Shown: in pieces, positions 50,201-58,927 of the stretch
How the letters are laid out: each line of letters starts with the position of its first letter
How positions within the stretch are numbered: position 1 is the first letter of the stretch
Program-made: the position numbers and the translations under genes
The notes under the pieces: model-generated
What the model saw: only the letters and a program-made list of their open reading frames with translations
Database searches by the model: none
Told to the model about the DNA's origin: nothing
Assembly (NCBI GenBank): GCA_965197905.1
Contig: CBDAOB010000004.1
Coordinates: forward strand, 1,056,001-1,120,000
Direction of reading: 5' to 3'
DNA length: 64,000 bases
Source of the DNA: Candidatus Latescibacterota bacterium
GTDB taxonomy: Bacteria; Latescibacterota; UBA2968; UBA8231

Positions 50201-50560
50201 GTTCTTGATCCAATCGTGACTACCGCGCAGGTCGTGATCGAGGTGGGTAGCCCAGATATAAATGGTGTTCGAGTAGTAGTCGGCGGCGCCGTTGCCCAGC
50301 ATATCGGAGCTGTCGATCACGATGACGTGAATCGGCGAAAACTCGTCATAGTAGTTGTAGGCGGCGGCAAGAGACGCAAAAACCTCCTCGGAGACGTCTG
50401 CCACTCTGCGCGCCGTCCCGGTGGCACTGCCCATATAGTGAATGCGGAAATGGTCCGTGACGATCGTTTGAATCTGCGCTTCAGTCGACTCGGGCTGGAG
50501 CCACGGCGCAAGAACCAATAGAGCGAGGATTCCGCGCGACCGCATATTGGCGAATTTCAA
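47201..50560 (-). CDS. Zn metallopeptidase (gluzincin) + TolB-like PD40 propeller + Omp85-like beta-barrel fusion
   Basis: HELAH...WWSEG, SPDG repeats, C-terminal YYLGG...FAEVG...YYFGFNL. TTG start at 50560 with AAGGAAG ribosome-binding site. Confidence 0.8.
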   Translation of the reverse strand: MKFANMRSRGILALLVLAPWLQPESTEAQIQTIVTDHFRIHYMGSATGTARRVADVSEEVFASLAAAYNYYDEFSPIHVIVIDSSDMLGNGAADYYSNTIYIWATHLDHDLRGSHDWIKNVFAHELAHIMTLNMARKKWPVQFALLSVSRFDSNPDISFSLPLYHMNAPRWWSEGVAQFATKQLGYDEWDTHRDMALRMAVLEDDLLSYEEMGTVQNRTGANYGEMVYNQGYGLLTYIAEQYGPEKVEELTHHTGHLSFDPAIESVLGISADQLYDDWKSFLKEHYTQQAEEVRGNTFFEGKALRRLNEGIREYYPSFSPDGKKLAYLSSEDWDYAITFLKIYDIETGKKQTVKRNRMFNDFATDWVHTRSSWSPDSDELVYVRSNGGFNDLYIYDLSKKRERRISANLRAKDPRFSPDGKKIAFVHNEDGNNNLGMINRDGSGLKYLTNNNDATQYWGPQWSPDGKWLLFSIFRGEDRDIAMIRADSPPKPDKKTKRDRLKVDRSDSLEVFPDTLAFPDPDTSGFRPMVASQFDERDPSWLPDGSGFVYSSDQTGIFNIYRYTMETGEVEQLTNVLGGAFTPTVSPDGKVVYSGYHASNHDLFEFALGEYQRAQPLEFVAQRDFQSIFQGSKLSEEYQVQRYGGRKTYRLIPLLNVGPTFVGDTFGLNQVSGGAWFSTGEMFGGQQFVARVTAGKNLREDTDFNTDLVLYTQRSLRPMVGNNRTFNPSFYALYRRLEIDNLLKGDTVINDTIPESTIFTPVDSTRSLLIPDVRQYVNELDSREDLFKSTYEQIALGIDVPLTRRQQLSFQYFRRDYRESWDLRRFRVQQQIFVVQDGVDITNELDDLELGQDTLLVEPNSSQAFYDGLDFFSSHDISIGWTYQNYKPTADQAFYRQGREFSFLYRYSAPTVADSLAQQTSTNGVPLDAFGPAKKRFRVNEYVGMYRERIGLPFGNALGFQMLGAYRNLKLKPGFIPDGGLFEGRFYWPLRYYLGGLNLMSGYPYFVQSGSKLMYGKLEYTFPLVSRLNFRFLNFTFAKIYGRLFAEVGAVGNFAEFRLGDFDGDDVIRDIGGEVRMQLFTFYRLPMYAFFQVARPLDRNQLADDGPIDKYRYYFGFNL

Positions 50561-50591
50561 CGGGACTTCCTTTGTTAGGGGTGGGTGTGCA

Positions 50592-50620
50592 AAGATACTT
50601 GGGTGCAAGAGCGGTGTCAA
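50592..50620 (-). promoter_or_regulatory. Sigma70 promoter of the peptidase-Omp85 gene
   Basis: TTGACA-17 bp-TATCTT. Confidence 0.65.
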
Positions 50621-50772
50621 TCAGCTAACTAGTACACCTGTCAATGGGATAGGACGCGCCGGACGGAAATATGTTCCATCGAATTCGCGGCCTTGAGACT
50701 CCCGCCCCCGCGGCCATCTGGTCCGTGGGATTCAGGCTCATCTACGGTTTGACCGCGAGAATCTAGACGTAA

Positions 50773-51798
50773 TTGAGCGAACTCTACCTTCTTGCCGCTA
50801 CAGCATTTGCCGTGACTCTGGGTTCGACCCCATTGGCGCGCCGCGTGGCGTGGAAACTGAACCTGCTCGATCGGCCGACGGACGGTACTCACAAGTCGCA
50901 CCTGGATGCGATTCCGTACGGGGGTGGGGTCGCCATCGCGTGCGGAGTGCTGGCTTCGGGTGTTGTGGTTCCCTTTGTTGATGCCGCTAGCTCCTTGGTT
51001 TCCGCCGGCCTGGTCATCATGATTCTGGGGTTGGTTGACGATTGGCGCGGCAGCCCGCCGCTTATCCGGTTACTGTTGCAGCTGCTCGTTGCCGCGGCGA
51101 TCAGCTTTCTGGTTCCGGCATGCAGATTCCCCTTCGCGGAGTCGAATCTGCCCGTTCAGGTGGCTTCCACGGCCCTGTTCATCACGGCCGTAACAAACGC
51201 GTTCAATTTCCTCGACAATATGGATGGCTTGGCGGCTGGATTGGGAGCGATCGTTCTTCTTTTTCTGGGCATATACGCCGTGGAGATCGGGCAGGATTCA
51301 GCCGCCTGCCTGTGTGTTGGGCTTGCGGCCGCATTGGCGGGATTCCTGGTCTTCAACTTTCCGCCCGCAAAAATCTTCATGGGTGATGCGGGTGGGTTAT
51401 TTATCGGGTTCATCGTCGGGGCAGTCTCGGTCGTGTTGGTTCGACAAACAAACCTTAGCCACACTATCGAGTTCGAGTTTTTTCACGTGGCTCCGCTGCT
51501 AACCCTGACGGTGCCGCTCTACGATTTTTTGTCGGTGATCGCAATTCGGCTGCATCACCGCAACTTCCCCTGGATAGGCGATCACAACCACGTCAGTCAT
51601 CGTTTGGTGCGCTGCGGCATGTCCCGCCGATCCGCTGTCATGACGATATACGGCTTCGCCGTGGTTACCTCACTCCCGATCCTGTTCATCGCAAGCGCTC
51701 CTCACCCCGCGCAGTGGATCCTGCTGATATTGGCGCCGGGGTTGGCGGTCTCGATCGCCGCGGTCGAAATCATCCGCTCGAAAGGAGAAACGCCGTGA
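50773..51798 (+). CDS. MraY/WecA-family polyprenyl-phosphate sugar-1-phosphate transferase
   Basis: PYGGG, GLVDD, NAFNFLDNMDGLA, FMGDAG and DHNHVSHRL. Confidence 0.9.
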   Translation: MSELYLLAATAFAVTLGSTPLARRVAWKLNLLDRPTDGTHKSHLDAIPYGGGVAIACGVLASGVVVPFVDAASSLVSAGLVIMILGLVDDWRGSPPLIRLLLQLLVAAAISFLVPACRFPFAESNLPVQVASTALFITAVTNAFNFLDNMDGLAAGLGAIVLLFLGIYAVEIGQDSAACLCVGLAAALAGFLVFNFPPAKIFMGDAGGLFIGFIVGAVSVVLVRQTNLSHTIEFEFFHVAPLLTLTVPLYDFLSVIAIRLHHRNFPWIGDHNHVSHRLVRCGMSRRSAVMTIYGFAVVTSLPILFIASAPHPAQWILLILAPGLAVSIAAVEIIRSKGETP

Positions 51799-52469
51799 AT
51801 AATCCCTCAATATTGGGTGGCGGTTACGTCGATTCCCGCTTCGACCCGGTGCCTACGATAAACGCAGTTCTAGGGGCCGCGGTTCCGGGAGCAGCGGGAG
51901 CGTTGCTGGTGATACTTGCGGGGCCACCGGCGGCGGGCAAGAGCGCCGTTGCCGAGAGGGTGCTTGAACTGGTGCCCAACAGCGTCGCAATCGAGAAAGA
52001 CGCCGCTGCTGCCGGCTTCATACTACAAGCCAGCCGGGCCGCGGGCCGGGCGGAAGAATCCGCCTACGGATCGGAGGAGTACTGGGCTCGGTTGCGCCCC
52101 CTGGAGTATGCCGGTGCCACCGCGCAGGCCTGCCAGAACCTCGTCGGCCGACGCGTCGTGCTACTCGTCGGGGGGTGGGGTCCGGAGCTGGCGGTAGAAG
52201 AGCTGTGGTCACAACTGGCGACCAACATCGCGCCGGCGTCGATGCTCGTGGTGCATCTGAACGCCCCCGACCTGGACACCTGGCGCCAGCGTTTGACTGC
52301 CCGCGGCTCACGATCCGACTCGCCCTGGTTCGAGAATTTCGCCCGCAAGACGACCGCGTCGCCCGTTTGGTCCGGGGCTCGAACGATCGATACCAACCGA
52401 TCATTATCCCAGGTTGTCGAGGCCGTGATCGAGTCGATTGGCGACCTTCAAGACCGCCCCCATCGTTAG
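51795..52469 (+). CDS. P-loop kinase / AAA_33-like protein
   Basis: GPPAAGKS Walker A and an RxxxR lid-like segment (RQRLTARGS). GTG start overlaps the upstream stop. Confidence 0.75.
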   Translation: MNNPSILGGGYVDSRFDPVPTINAVLGAAVPGAAGALLVILAGPPAAGKSAVAERVLELVPNSVAIEKDAAAAGFILQASRAAGRAEESAYGSEEYWARLRPLEYAGATAQACQNLVGRRVVLLVGGWGPELAVEELWSQLATNIAPASMLVVHLNAPDLDTWRQRLTARGSRSDSPWFENFARKTTASPVWSGARTIDTNRSLSQVVEAVIESIGDLQDRPHR

Positions 52470-52600
52470 ATCAATGGCCGATCAGCCGCACGCAGCCATC
52501 TCGGTGTGGGCCGAAAATTGTTGACAATTGATCAGTCATAAATAACTTATCGGGCTGCACTTTATAGCAAATCAGTAACCATTCAACAGAAGGCTTTCGG

Positions 52601-53860
52601 GTGTCGTTTTTCCACAGCCTGTTGGGATATTGCGCACTTTTGGGCCTCGCCTGGGTGCTGGGCAATCGCTCGCGCGCGGTTCCCTGGAGAACCCTGGGGG
52701 TTGCCACTCTTCTGCAGCTGACACTGACCGGAATCCTGCTCCAATCCGGGATTCGACAACCGATCTTTGCCGCGGTGGGGCGACTGGTGGCGCTGCTTAG
52801 AGAGACCGCTCTGAAAGCGAACGAGTCGCTGCTCTTCGGGGGTGTGACGAACCCGCAGTTCACCCAGAAGTACGGTCCCGTCGTGGCACTCGAGATTGCC
52901 GGCATCCTAATCTTCGTCGCCTCGCTGTCCAGGATCCTGTACCACTACAGGATCCTGCCATGGGTCATCTCTGCTCTCAGCCGCTTCATGCACCGAACCC
53001 TGGGTATTTCGTCAGCGGAAAGCGTCGCCGTGGCCGGCAACGTGATTCTCGGCATGACCGAAGCCCCGCTGTTGGTGCGACCCTTCGTCGAACGCCTGAC
53101 CGAAAGCGAGCTGTTCTGTTTGATGGTCGCCGGCATGGCAACCATTGCGGGCACGGTGATGGTGATCTACTCCACCATCCTCTCGTCCACCCACCCGGAA
53201 ATCGCCGGACACCTGTTTACCGCCTCCCTTATCAGCGCCCCCGCGGCGGTAGCGGTCGCGAAACTGATGAAACCGGAAAAGCAGCGACCGGAAACCGCCG
53301 AAACGACGGTCGATCTACCCCGCGAAGACACCCGCAACGGTTTGGAAGCCGCTGCCCGCGGCGCTTCAGAAGGCTTGCAGCTGGTGCTCAATATCGTGGC
53401 CATGCTCATCGCCTTTATAGGCCTCGTCGCATTGGCCAATCAAATGGTGGGGTGGCTGGATCATCTGATCAACGGCGCCAACGCCAGCGGTTGGAGTTTG
53501 CGAAGGGCCGCCGGTTACCTCTTTCGGCCCGCCGTCTGGTTGATGGGGGTTCCGTGGCACGAAACCTTTGTAGTGGGGCAGCTGATGGGGCTGAAAACCG
53601 TTCTGAATGAATTCGTCGCCTTTCTCGAGCTGGCTGCCGTTATGCAAGGAGTGCAGCCTCTCGAGGAACGGACCTTTATCATCACCTCCTACGCCCTGTG
53701 CGGTTTCGCCAATTTCGGGTCGGTGGCCATCATGATCGGCGGCATTGGCGGAATCGCTCCGGCTCGGCGGGCCGATCTGGCCCGGTTTGGCCTTCTCTCT
53801 CTGGTAGCGGGCACTCTGGCTACCATGCTCACCGGCTGTGTGATTGGATTTTTCCTCTGA
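52601..53860 (+). CDS. nupC: NupC/CNT-family nucleoside transporter
   Basis: GMTEAPL, GMATIAG, KTVLNEFVAF and YALCGFANFGS. TTGACA-16 bp-TAACTT upstream at 52521-52548. Confidence 0.92.
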   Translation: MSFFHSLLGYCALLGLAWVLGNRSRAVPWRTLGVATLLQLTLTGILLQSGIRQPIFAAVGRLVALLRETALKANESLLFGGVTNPQFTQKYGPVVALEIAGILIFVASLSRILYHYRILPWVISALSRFMHRTLGISSAESVAVAGNVILGMTEAPLLVRPFVERLTESELFCLMVAGMATIAGTVMVIYSTILSSTHPEIAGHLFTASLISAPAAVAVAKLMKPEKQRPETAETTVDLPREDTRNGLEAAARGASEGLQLVLNIVAMLIAFIGLVALANQMVGWLDHLINGANASGWSLRRAAGYLFRPAVWLMGVPWHETFVVGQLMGLKTVLNEFVAFLELAAVMQGVQPLEERTFIITSYALCGFANFGSVAIMIGGIGGIAPARRADLARFGLLSLVAGTLATMLTGCVIGFFL

Positions 53861-53964
53861 ATACGAAAAAAATGGGCAAAAACCCAATTTCCGGGATCGT
53901 GCAAGAGGGGTCAATCGTCTATATTATCTAGAATACACCGACAATATCTATATGCGCTCAAAGG

Positions 53965-54231
53965 ATGATTCAGTCTACTATGTCAAAGGAACGTAAAACC
54001 TCCTACCGCTCACAATTTGACGGGCACCGTCGCCTGGCTGCCGCCGTAATACTACAAGCGGTAAAAGACTTCTGCGGTTCAGCCAGCGATCAGGAAAAAG
54101 AGGCCGCAGTCGAGTTTCTCGAAGGAGACATGTGGCCGTTTTCCGACGTGCTCGATCTTCCCACGGATGGCACCGCTCTTCGCGATTACATCCGGCAACT
54201 CCGCAAAGTCGCACCGGAACCCAGCGGATAA
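53965..54231 (+). CDS. Small helical hypothetical protein
   Basis: RRLAAAVILQAVKDF helix; AT-rich upstream region. Confidence 0.6.
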   Translation: MIQSTMSKERKTSYRSQFDGHRRLAAAVILQAVKDFCGSASDQEKEAAVEFLEGDMWPFSDVLDLPTDGTALRDYIRQLRKVAPEPSG

Positions 54232-54394
54232 CCGCCGTCGATCCGTCCAAACCGGGAAATCTCCGCCGCATTTTACCATAGCGGGACCTCTGATCGAGGA
54301 AAAAAAGGTCCCAAGCGCGAGCTTGAAACGGTTTCTCGGTGGAATTTGCGATCAACTGCGGGACCGATCAGCATTCAGCGGCACGCACCGGTCA

Positions 54395-54997
54395 TCATTC
54401 TTTGCCCTTTCCTCGTTCTCTGAGTAAGGGCTTGTTATCTTTTCCCGCTATTCGTGCCGCGATCCGAACGGCTATTGCGGTCGCCTCTTCTGACCCTGCA
54501 TCGTCACCCATATGGGAAAGCACATCTGCCAGGTCGCGATAGGATTGGTACTGATAGCTTTTGTCGTGGGTGTGGACAATGCTCCGACGAAAAGCGATAG
54601 CTGCTTCCTCGAGCTGGCCGTCACGTTGCAACCCGGTTCCGAGCAGGTGATAGATCGAACCGTCCTCCTGAATGTCGAGCACAGCGCGCGCATGTACGAC
54701 TGCCTCGACCCTCAACGTGGCCGCTGCAGAGGAATCGTGCGCGTTCGTTCGTCTGCGGGCTTCCCGAAGTGCGGCATAGATCCAGGTGTAGTGGACGAAG
54801 ACTTCAAATTCCTCCAGGACGGGCTCTTTCCTGTGGCAGACCGTGGCGAGATGCTTTTTCAGGAATCCCGCCCAATCGCTGCGCGCGAAACCACGCTTCT
54901 CCATGTACTCGAGCAGGCTTGTGCGCTTCAGCTGAAGCGATCTCTTCAGGGCTGCCATCCCCTTCTCAATGCGGCCTGACCGGAACTGCTCTGCCGC
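54395..54997 (-). pseudogene. TPR-containing C-terminal fragment, probably the frameshifted tail of the upstream GT-C gene
   Basis: TPR motifs (YHLLGTGLQRDGQLEEAAIAFRRS). Joins the upstream frame if one base of the CCC at 54997-54999 is removed. Could instead be a separate CDS from ATG 54958. Confidence 0.6.
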
Positions 54998-56687
54998 CCA
55001 AGGCCAGTTGAATGGAAGGGTTCTGTGGCTGTTCGTAGGCGTCTGAGATACGCCGGTACAGAGGCGGAGGTCTGCGGTAGGTACCGTGGTCGACGAGGTG
55101 GTCATATTCTCCCGTGTTGAGGCGCCATATCTCGCGCAGGCGTTGCGTATCGAACAGGTCACCGCGCGTGACGGTGCGCAACTTCTCGAAATAGACAGCC
55201 AGGCTGTCGTCGACGATCTGATTTTTGCCATAAAGCACCGTTTCGTAATATCCTTCGGGAATCACGCGGCGTTGATGCCCGATGCCCCAGTCCGGGCCGT
55301 CTATGGGTGGCAACCGCGCCAGAAGAGGGTCGCCGAGCCCGATCGGATCGATGACGTGCATATTGGGACCGGCGAAGTACGCCGTAAAGCCGACATTAGC
55401 CCACACTGCTGCGCCGAACTGACCAGGGCCTGGGCGCACGGCGCGGGCACCCTCCGCCCACGCGTGATTCGGGAAGGTGACGCCATAGTCCGCACTCCAT
55501 GCTGGGAGAAGGCCCGCGCTCTGGAAATATGCCGCACGTTCGTCGGCGATTCCATTGGCGCTTGCGACCCCCTGCCGTCCATAGTCGGAGCCACTCAGCA
55601 ACGGGGGAAACGGCGATGATAGACCGATGCCAAGAACGGCGATAGCGGCGAGTAGCTTTTTCCAGAAAGTACCGAGACGGTCACGAGAGACGAGCAACGC
55701 CACCGATGCAAAAAGCGGTGCGCTAAGGAAACGGCCGCTCATGAAGTCGCCCCCAATCCACACTACATATGCCACGTAGAGCGCGACCCCGATTGACAGG
55801 GGAATCTGACGACCCTCTTTTCCCGCAATGGGTAGGTACAATGCCGCCGCGATTGTGAGCGGCGTGAGGGGATCGAGTGTGACCGAATGCAGCAGATATT
55901 TAAGTCCCTGCCCCACGAGCTCGACTCGCGGGAGACCGGTGTTGAGTTTAACGTAGGCCGTGTTGGGGAAAAGAAATCCGTAATAAAATAGGGAAAATAG
56001 TTCCCACAGGACGAACGGCAAAAATCCTATCGCCAACGGCCAAAGAATTTTCCGTCGGGTTAAACTCCCTGCGACACAAACCAACCCCGGCAGAAAGAGC
56101 AGAACGGTATCCATTCTGTTGACGGCGCCAAGCGACACGATGACCGCAAGAGGGAGTATCTGCTGCTCGTCGTGCGCACGCAGATAGCTGACCGAGAACA
56201 GCGCAATCATAAAATGAGAGAGGGGATTCTCAAGGCCCGAGGTAGAGTAGTCGACGAATGCTTTGGAGTGCACAAGCGCGAGAATACCGAGTAGCGCCAT
56301 CGTCGGCGTAATGGCAACGCGCCTAGCAACTAGGACTACTGCTACAATCGACAGTGCAATCGACAAGTACAACGGCGTGTAGAAGATCTCGCGGGTGACG
56401 AAGAAAAGTGCAGACACCAGAAACATCCACAGCGGGTTGGTATAGGCTTGCACACGTTCTACAGGGTTCCAGGTGAGCCCTAGGCCATGGATGAAGTTGT
56501 CTACCGTCCGGAAGGTGATGAAAGCATCATCCATCAACCAAGCTGAACGGACAATCACAACTGCATAGAGGGCGATGATGAACCACACCGCAGCTCGAGT
56601 ATGCCCCTCTCTCCAGCGAAACGACTCCTCACCGATCTTCATGCTCACACTCCACATCGGTCGCAGAATGGGGTCTGTATCCAGCAC
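54966..56687 (-). CDS. GT-C fold membrane glycosyltransferase (AftB/arabinofuranosyltransferase-like)
   Basis: WLMDDAFITFRTVDN, NP.ERV..YTNPLW, GLENPL, PNTAYVK and GGDFMSGRFL. Start uncertain (ATG 56642 possible). Confidence 0.8.
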   Translation of the reverse strand: MLDTDPILRPMWSVSMKIGEESFRWREGHTRAAVWFIIALYAVVIVRSAWLMDDAFITFRTVDNFIHGLGLTWNPVERVQAYTNPLWMFLVSALFFVTREIFYTPLYLSIALSIVAVVLVARRVAITPTMALLGILALVHSKAFVDYSTSGLENPLSHFMIALFSVSYLRAHDEQQILPLAVIVSLGAVNRMDTVLLFLPGLVCVAGSLTRRKILWPLAIGFLPFVLWELFSLFYYGFLFPNTAYVKLNTGLPRVELVGQGLKYLLHSVTLDPLTPLTIAAALYLPIAGKEGRQIPLSIGVALYVAYVVWIGGDFMSGRFLSAPLFASVALLVSRDRLGTFWKKLLAAIAVLGIGLSSPFPPLLSGSDYGRQGVASANGIADERAAYFQSAGLLPAWSADYGVTFPNHAWAEGARAVRPGPGQFGAAVWANVGFTAYFAGPNMHVIDPIGLGDPLLARLPPIDGPDWGIGHQRRVIPEGYYETVLYGKNQIVDDSLAVYFEKLRTVTRGDLFDTQRLREIWRLNTGEYDHLVDHGTYRRPPPLYRRISDAYEQPQNPSIQLALGGRAVPVRPH

Positions 56688-57116
56688 TGCCGATCACCGT
56701 GACCGACATCACCCTCCGACATGTGTTGCGCGATTGCGAAGCACAGAGTTGGCGGTGACGCACGGCAGTCAGGGAAGACGTCTCTCTCTTCAGATGTCAT
56801 GCCAAGCTACTTTCTGGCAGACAACTGCAGGAAAACTGTCAGCAAAATCGAGCTAGTTGGACGACGATAGAGATCAGCTCGTTGAACGGTGGTTTATCCG
56901 TGAGATACCCGTTCGGATGTTCGCCCATCCAGTACCGCCAGGAAGCCCGCCGGGCACCTTGAAAATGCAACCGATTGCAAATTCATCCTGGCGGCACAGG
57001 TTTTGGGTCTTTGGCGATCGCACGATCAGGCCTCGTTTTCAACCCCTCTGCGGCTCAGCCCGAACCGGAGCGAACAAGAGTCCCCGAGAGAGAGAGTCTG
57101 GTCACAGAGTAGATTC

Positions 57117-58121
57117 CTAAGGCGAGACGATGAGTTCAATTAAGTCGTTCGCTTCCAGGAAGTCATACAGAAAGTGGCCGACGACGTGTGAGCCGCTGCT
57201 GGTGAGGTGGATTCCGTCGGCGACGAAGTAGTTGCTCTTCACCTCTTCCTGCGGTAAACGAGAGAAAATTTCGAAGAGATCTAGGACCAAAACGTCATTA
57301 TCGCGGGCCACCTTCCTGACTATCTCCACGTACTGGTGATGTAGCGGAACGAGTTCTTCGAGAGAATTCAGCCAACGCGATGCCAGGTACTCCGGTTCAG
57401 CACCTCGGACATGTGAGGTTGGAGCTGTAAACAATACCGGGACGATGCCGTTGTCGCGCGCAATGCCCACCATGGCAGTCAAGTTGGCACGGAAGTCATC
57501 CGGCGACACGCGTTCTGGACGCCGCAGCTCGTTAGGCGCTCCATACATGTCAATTGCGAAAGAATTCAGCAGTTGCGTCAGCCGCAGATCGCTTAGTGTG
57601 ACAGACCACGGATTGTCAGTGTTGAACCGAGCGACGTTTTTGTCCTCGACTCCAAAACTCGCCCAATGGTCGTTCCAGCCGTAATAAATGGTGACCAAGC
57701 TCGGCTTAATCCTAACGATGTCCGTCTGCATTTGCCTCAAGCCCTGGAACGTGCTCCATCCCCCGACACCCACGTTCACGAAACTGAATCGATCATTCGG
57801 GTGTTTTTCGACGATTATCTTCTTGAATGCTTGATCGTAGGCACCCCAGGCGGTACAAGAATCGCCCATGTAGACAACGGACGGTCGTGTTCCGTACAGG
57901 TTGACCATGCTGTCGTCGTACTCCTTCGGCACCCACAGCATTTCCCGGTCGACTTCGAACTCGTTTTTCATTCGGACAGGGTCGGGCCAACCAAACTCCA
58001 CGCGCACAGGATAAAGCTGGTATTCGAAACCCAACCCCCGCAAGCCTACCTCGCAAAGGACGAGTGCGAACAAAATGCTCGCGAACAACAGAAGAAGATT
58101 GCAAAAGCTGTTCCTACTCAT
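57117..58121 (-). CDS. SGNH/GDSL hydrolase with N-terminal membrane anchor
   Basis: GDSCT, NVGVGG, GWND and DGIH. Confidence 0.9.
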   Translation of the reverse strand: MSRNSFCNLLLLFASILFALVLCEVGLRGLGFEYQLYPVRVEFGWPDPVRMKNEFEVDREMLWVPKEYDDSMVNLYGTRPSVVYMGDSCTAWGAYDQAFKKIIVEKHPNDRFSFVNVGVGGWSTFQGLRQMQTDIVRIKPSLVTIYYGWNDHWASFGVEDKNVARFNTDNPWSVTLSDLRLTQLLNSFAIDMYGAPNELRRPERVSPDDFRANLTAMVGIARDNGIVPVLFTAPTSHVRGAEPEYLASRWLNSLEELVPLHHQYVEIVRKVARDNDVLVLDLFEIFSRLPQEEVKSNYFVADGIHLTSSGSHVVGHFLYDFLEANDLIELIVSP

Positions 58122-58599
58122 CGCGCAATGAGGAATTTTCTCTGCTCCTTCTCCGGCAAATGACGCCTGGTGCTTTGACTATTGCCAGGGGCTATCCGAT
58201 ACCGCACAGGTCGGCGCCAACAGAAAAGCCGAAAGGCGTTTGCGCAGATCAAAGTGAAGATGGCCGCTGGTGACTTTGTTCCTCCTGGTGAGAGAAAACG
58301 GCGCGTACCACTAGCCCAAAGCCGAGGAAGCTATAAGAAGGGCGAAGAAGTGATCCGTGAAGCCGGGAACGGTGAACCGGGGTCTCTTGCCTCAAGGTGC
58401 TCTTCCGAAAGGCTCAAGCAACCGTGGCGGGTTCGGAGTCTCCCTTAACATTTTCACGGCGCCAGGAACTAATTCCACCTTCAATGGCAGGATATCGATT
58501 GGAGGGGCCGTGAGTGCACGTGGTGTCCCGTCAGGAACACCCCACCAAGAACGGAACTGATCCGCGTGAAAGGCCGCGATTCAATGTCTCCAGTACACA

Positions 58600-58677
58600 T
58601 ACAGGCACCAAAACTACAGGCACCTAACAGAAACAGCAGCTACCAAGGCTTTTTGCCCTGACGTAACTGCCTGTGTA
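58600..58677. repeat. Short direct/inverted repeats next to the tRNA 3' end (att arm-type site-like)
   Basis: TACAGGCACC at 58600 and 58615; inverted partial copy TGCCTGT at 58668. Confidence 0.45.
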
Positions 58678-58692
58678 TATGTAGGATGTAGA

Positions 58693-58768
58693 TGGTGCGC
58701 CCACTAGGACTCGAACCTAGGACCCGCTGATTAAGAGTCAGCCGCTCTACCAACTGAGCTATAGGCGC
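58693..58768 (-). tRNA. tRNA-Lys (CTT)
   Basis: 76-nt cloverleaf GCGCCTA...TGGGCGC-A-CCA, anticodon loop CT-CTT-AA, T-loop GTTCGAG. Confidence 0.97.
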
Positions 58769-58785
58769 CCTTCCGAAGTGACGAG

Positions 58786-58814
58786 AAAGTAGCGGGGGGT
58801 ATTGCGATTGTCAA
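58786..58814 (-). promoter_or_regulatory. Sigma70 promoter of tRNA-Lys
   Basis: TTGACA-17 bp-TACTTT. Confidence 0.7.
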
Positions 58815-58860
58815 GGAATGCAGCCGCACTCGAAATGGTTGGTAATACCCTGTCGTTAGC

Positions 58861-58889
58861 TTGACTTTTGGGGAAGCGTAACGTAGAAT
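58861..58889 (+). promoter_or_regulatory. Sigma70 promoter of TPR-efp-gcvH
   Basis: TTGACT-17 bp-TAGAAT. Confidence 0.72.
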
Positions 58890-58927
58890 AACCGGCGGCA
58901 GCGGTTGCTTTCAAACTCCTCAAGAAT

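Noticed and set aside
50561..50620. ORF-track N-terminal extensions (also 4184-4222, 20548-20781 and 29428-29685)
   Set aside because: They overlap promoters or neighbouring genes; downstream starts fit better with ribosome-binding sites, stop-start coupling or signal peptides.
53938..53953. NrdR-box-like sequence cgacaatatctatatg
   Set aside because: Lacks the conserved G, is single, lies in an AT-rich tract, and is upstream of a gene with no evident link to nucleotide metabolism.
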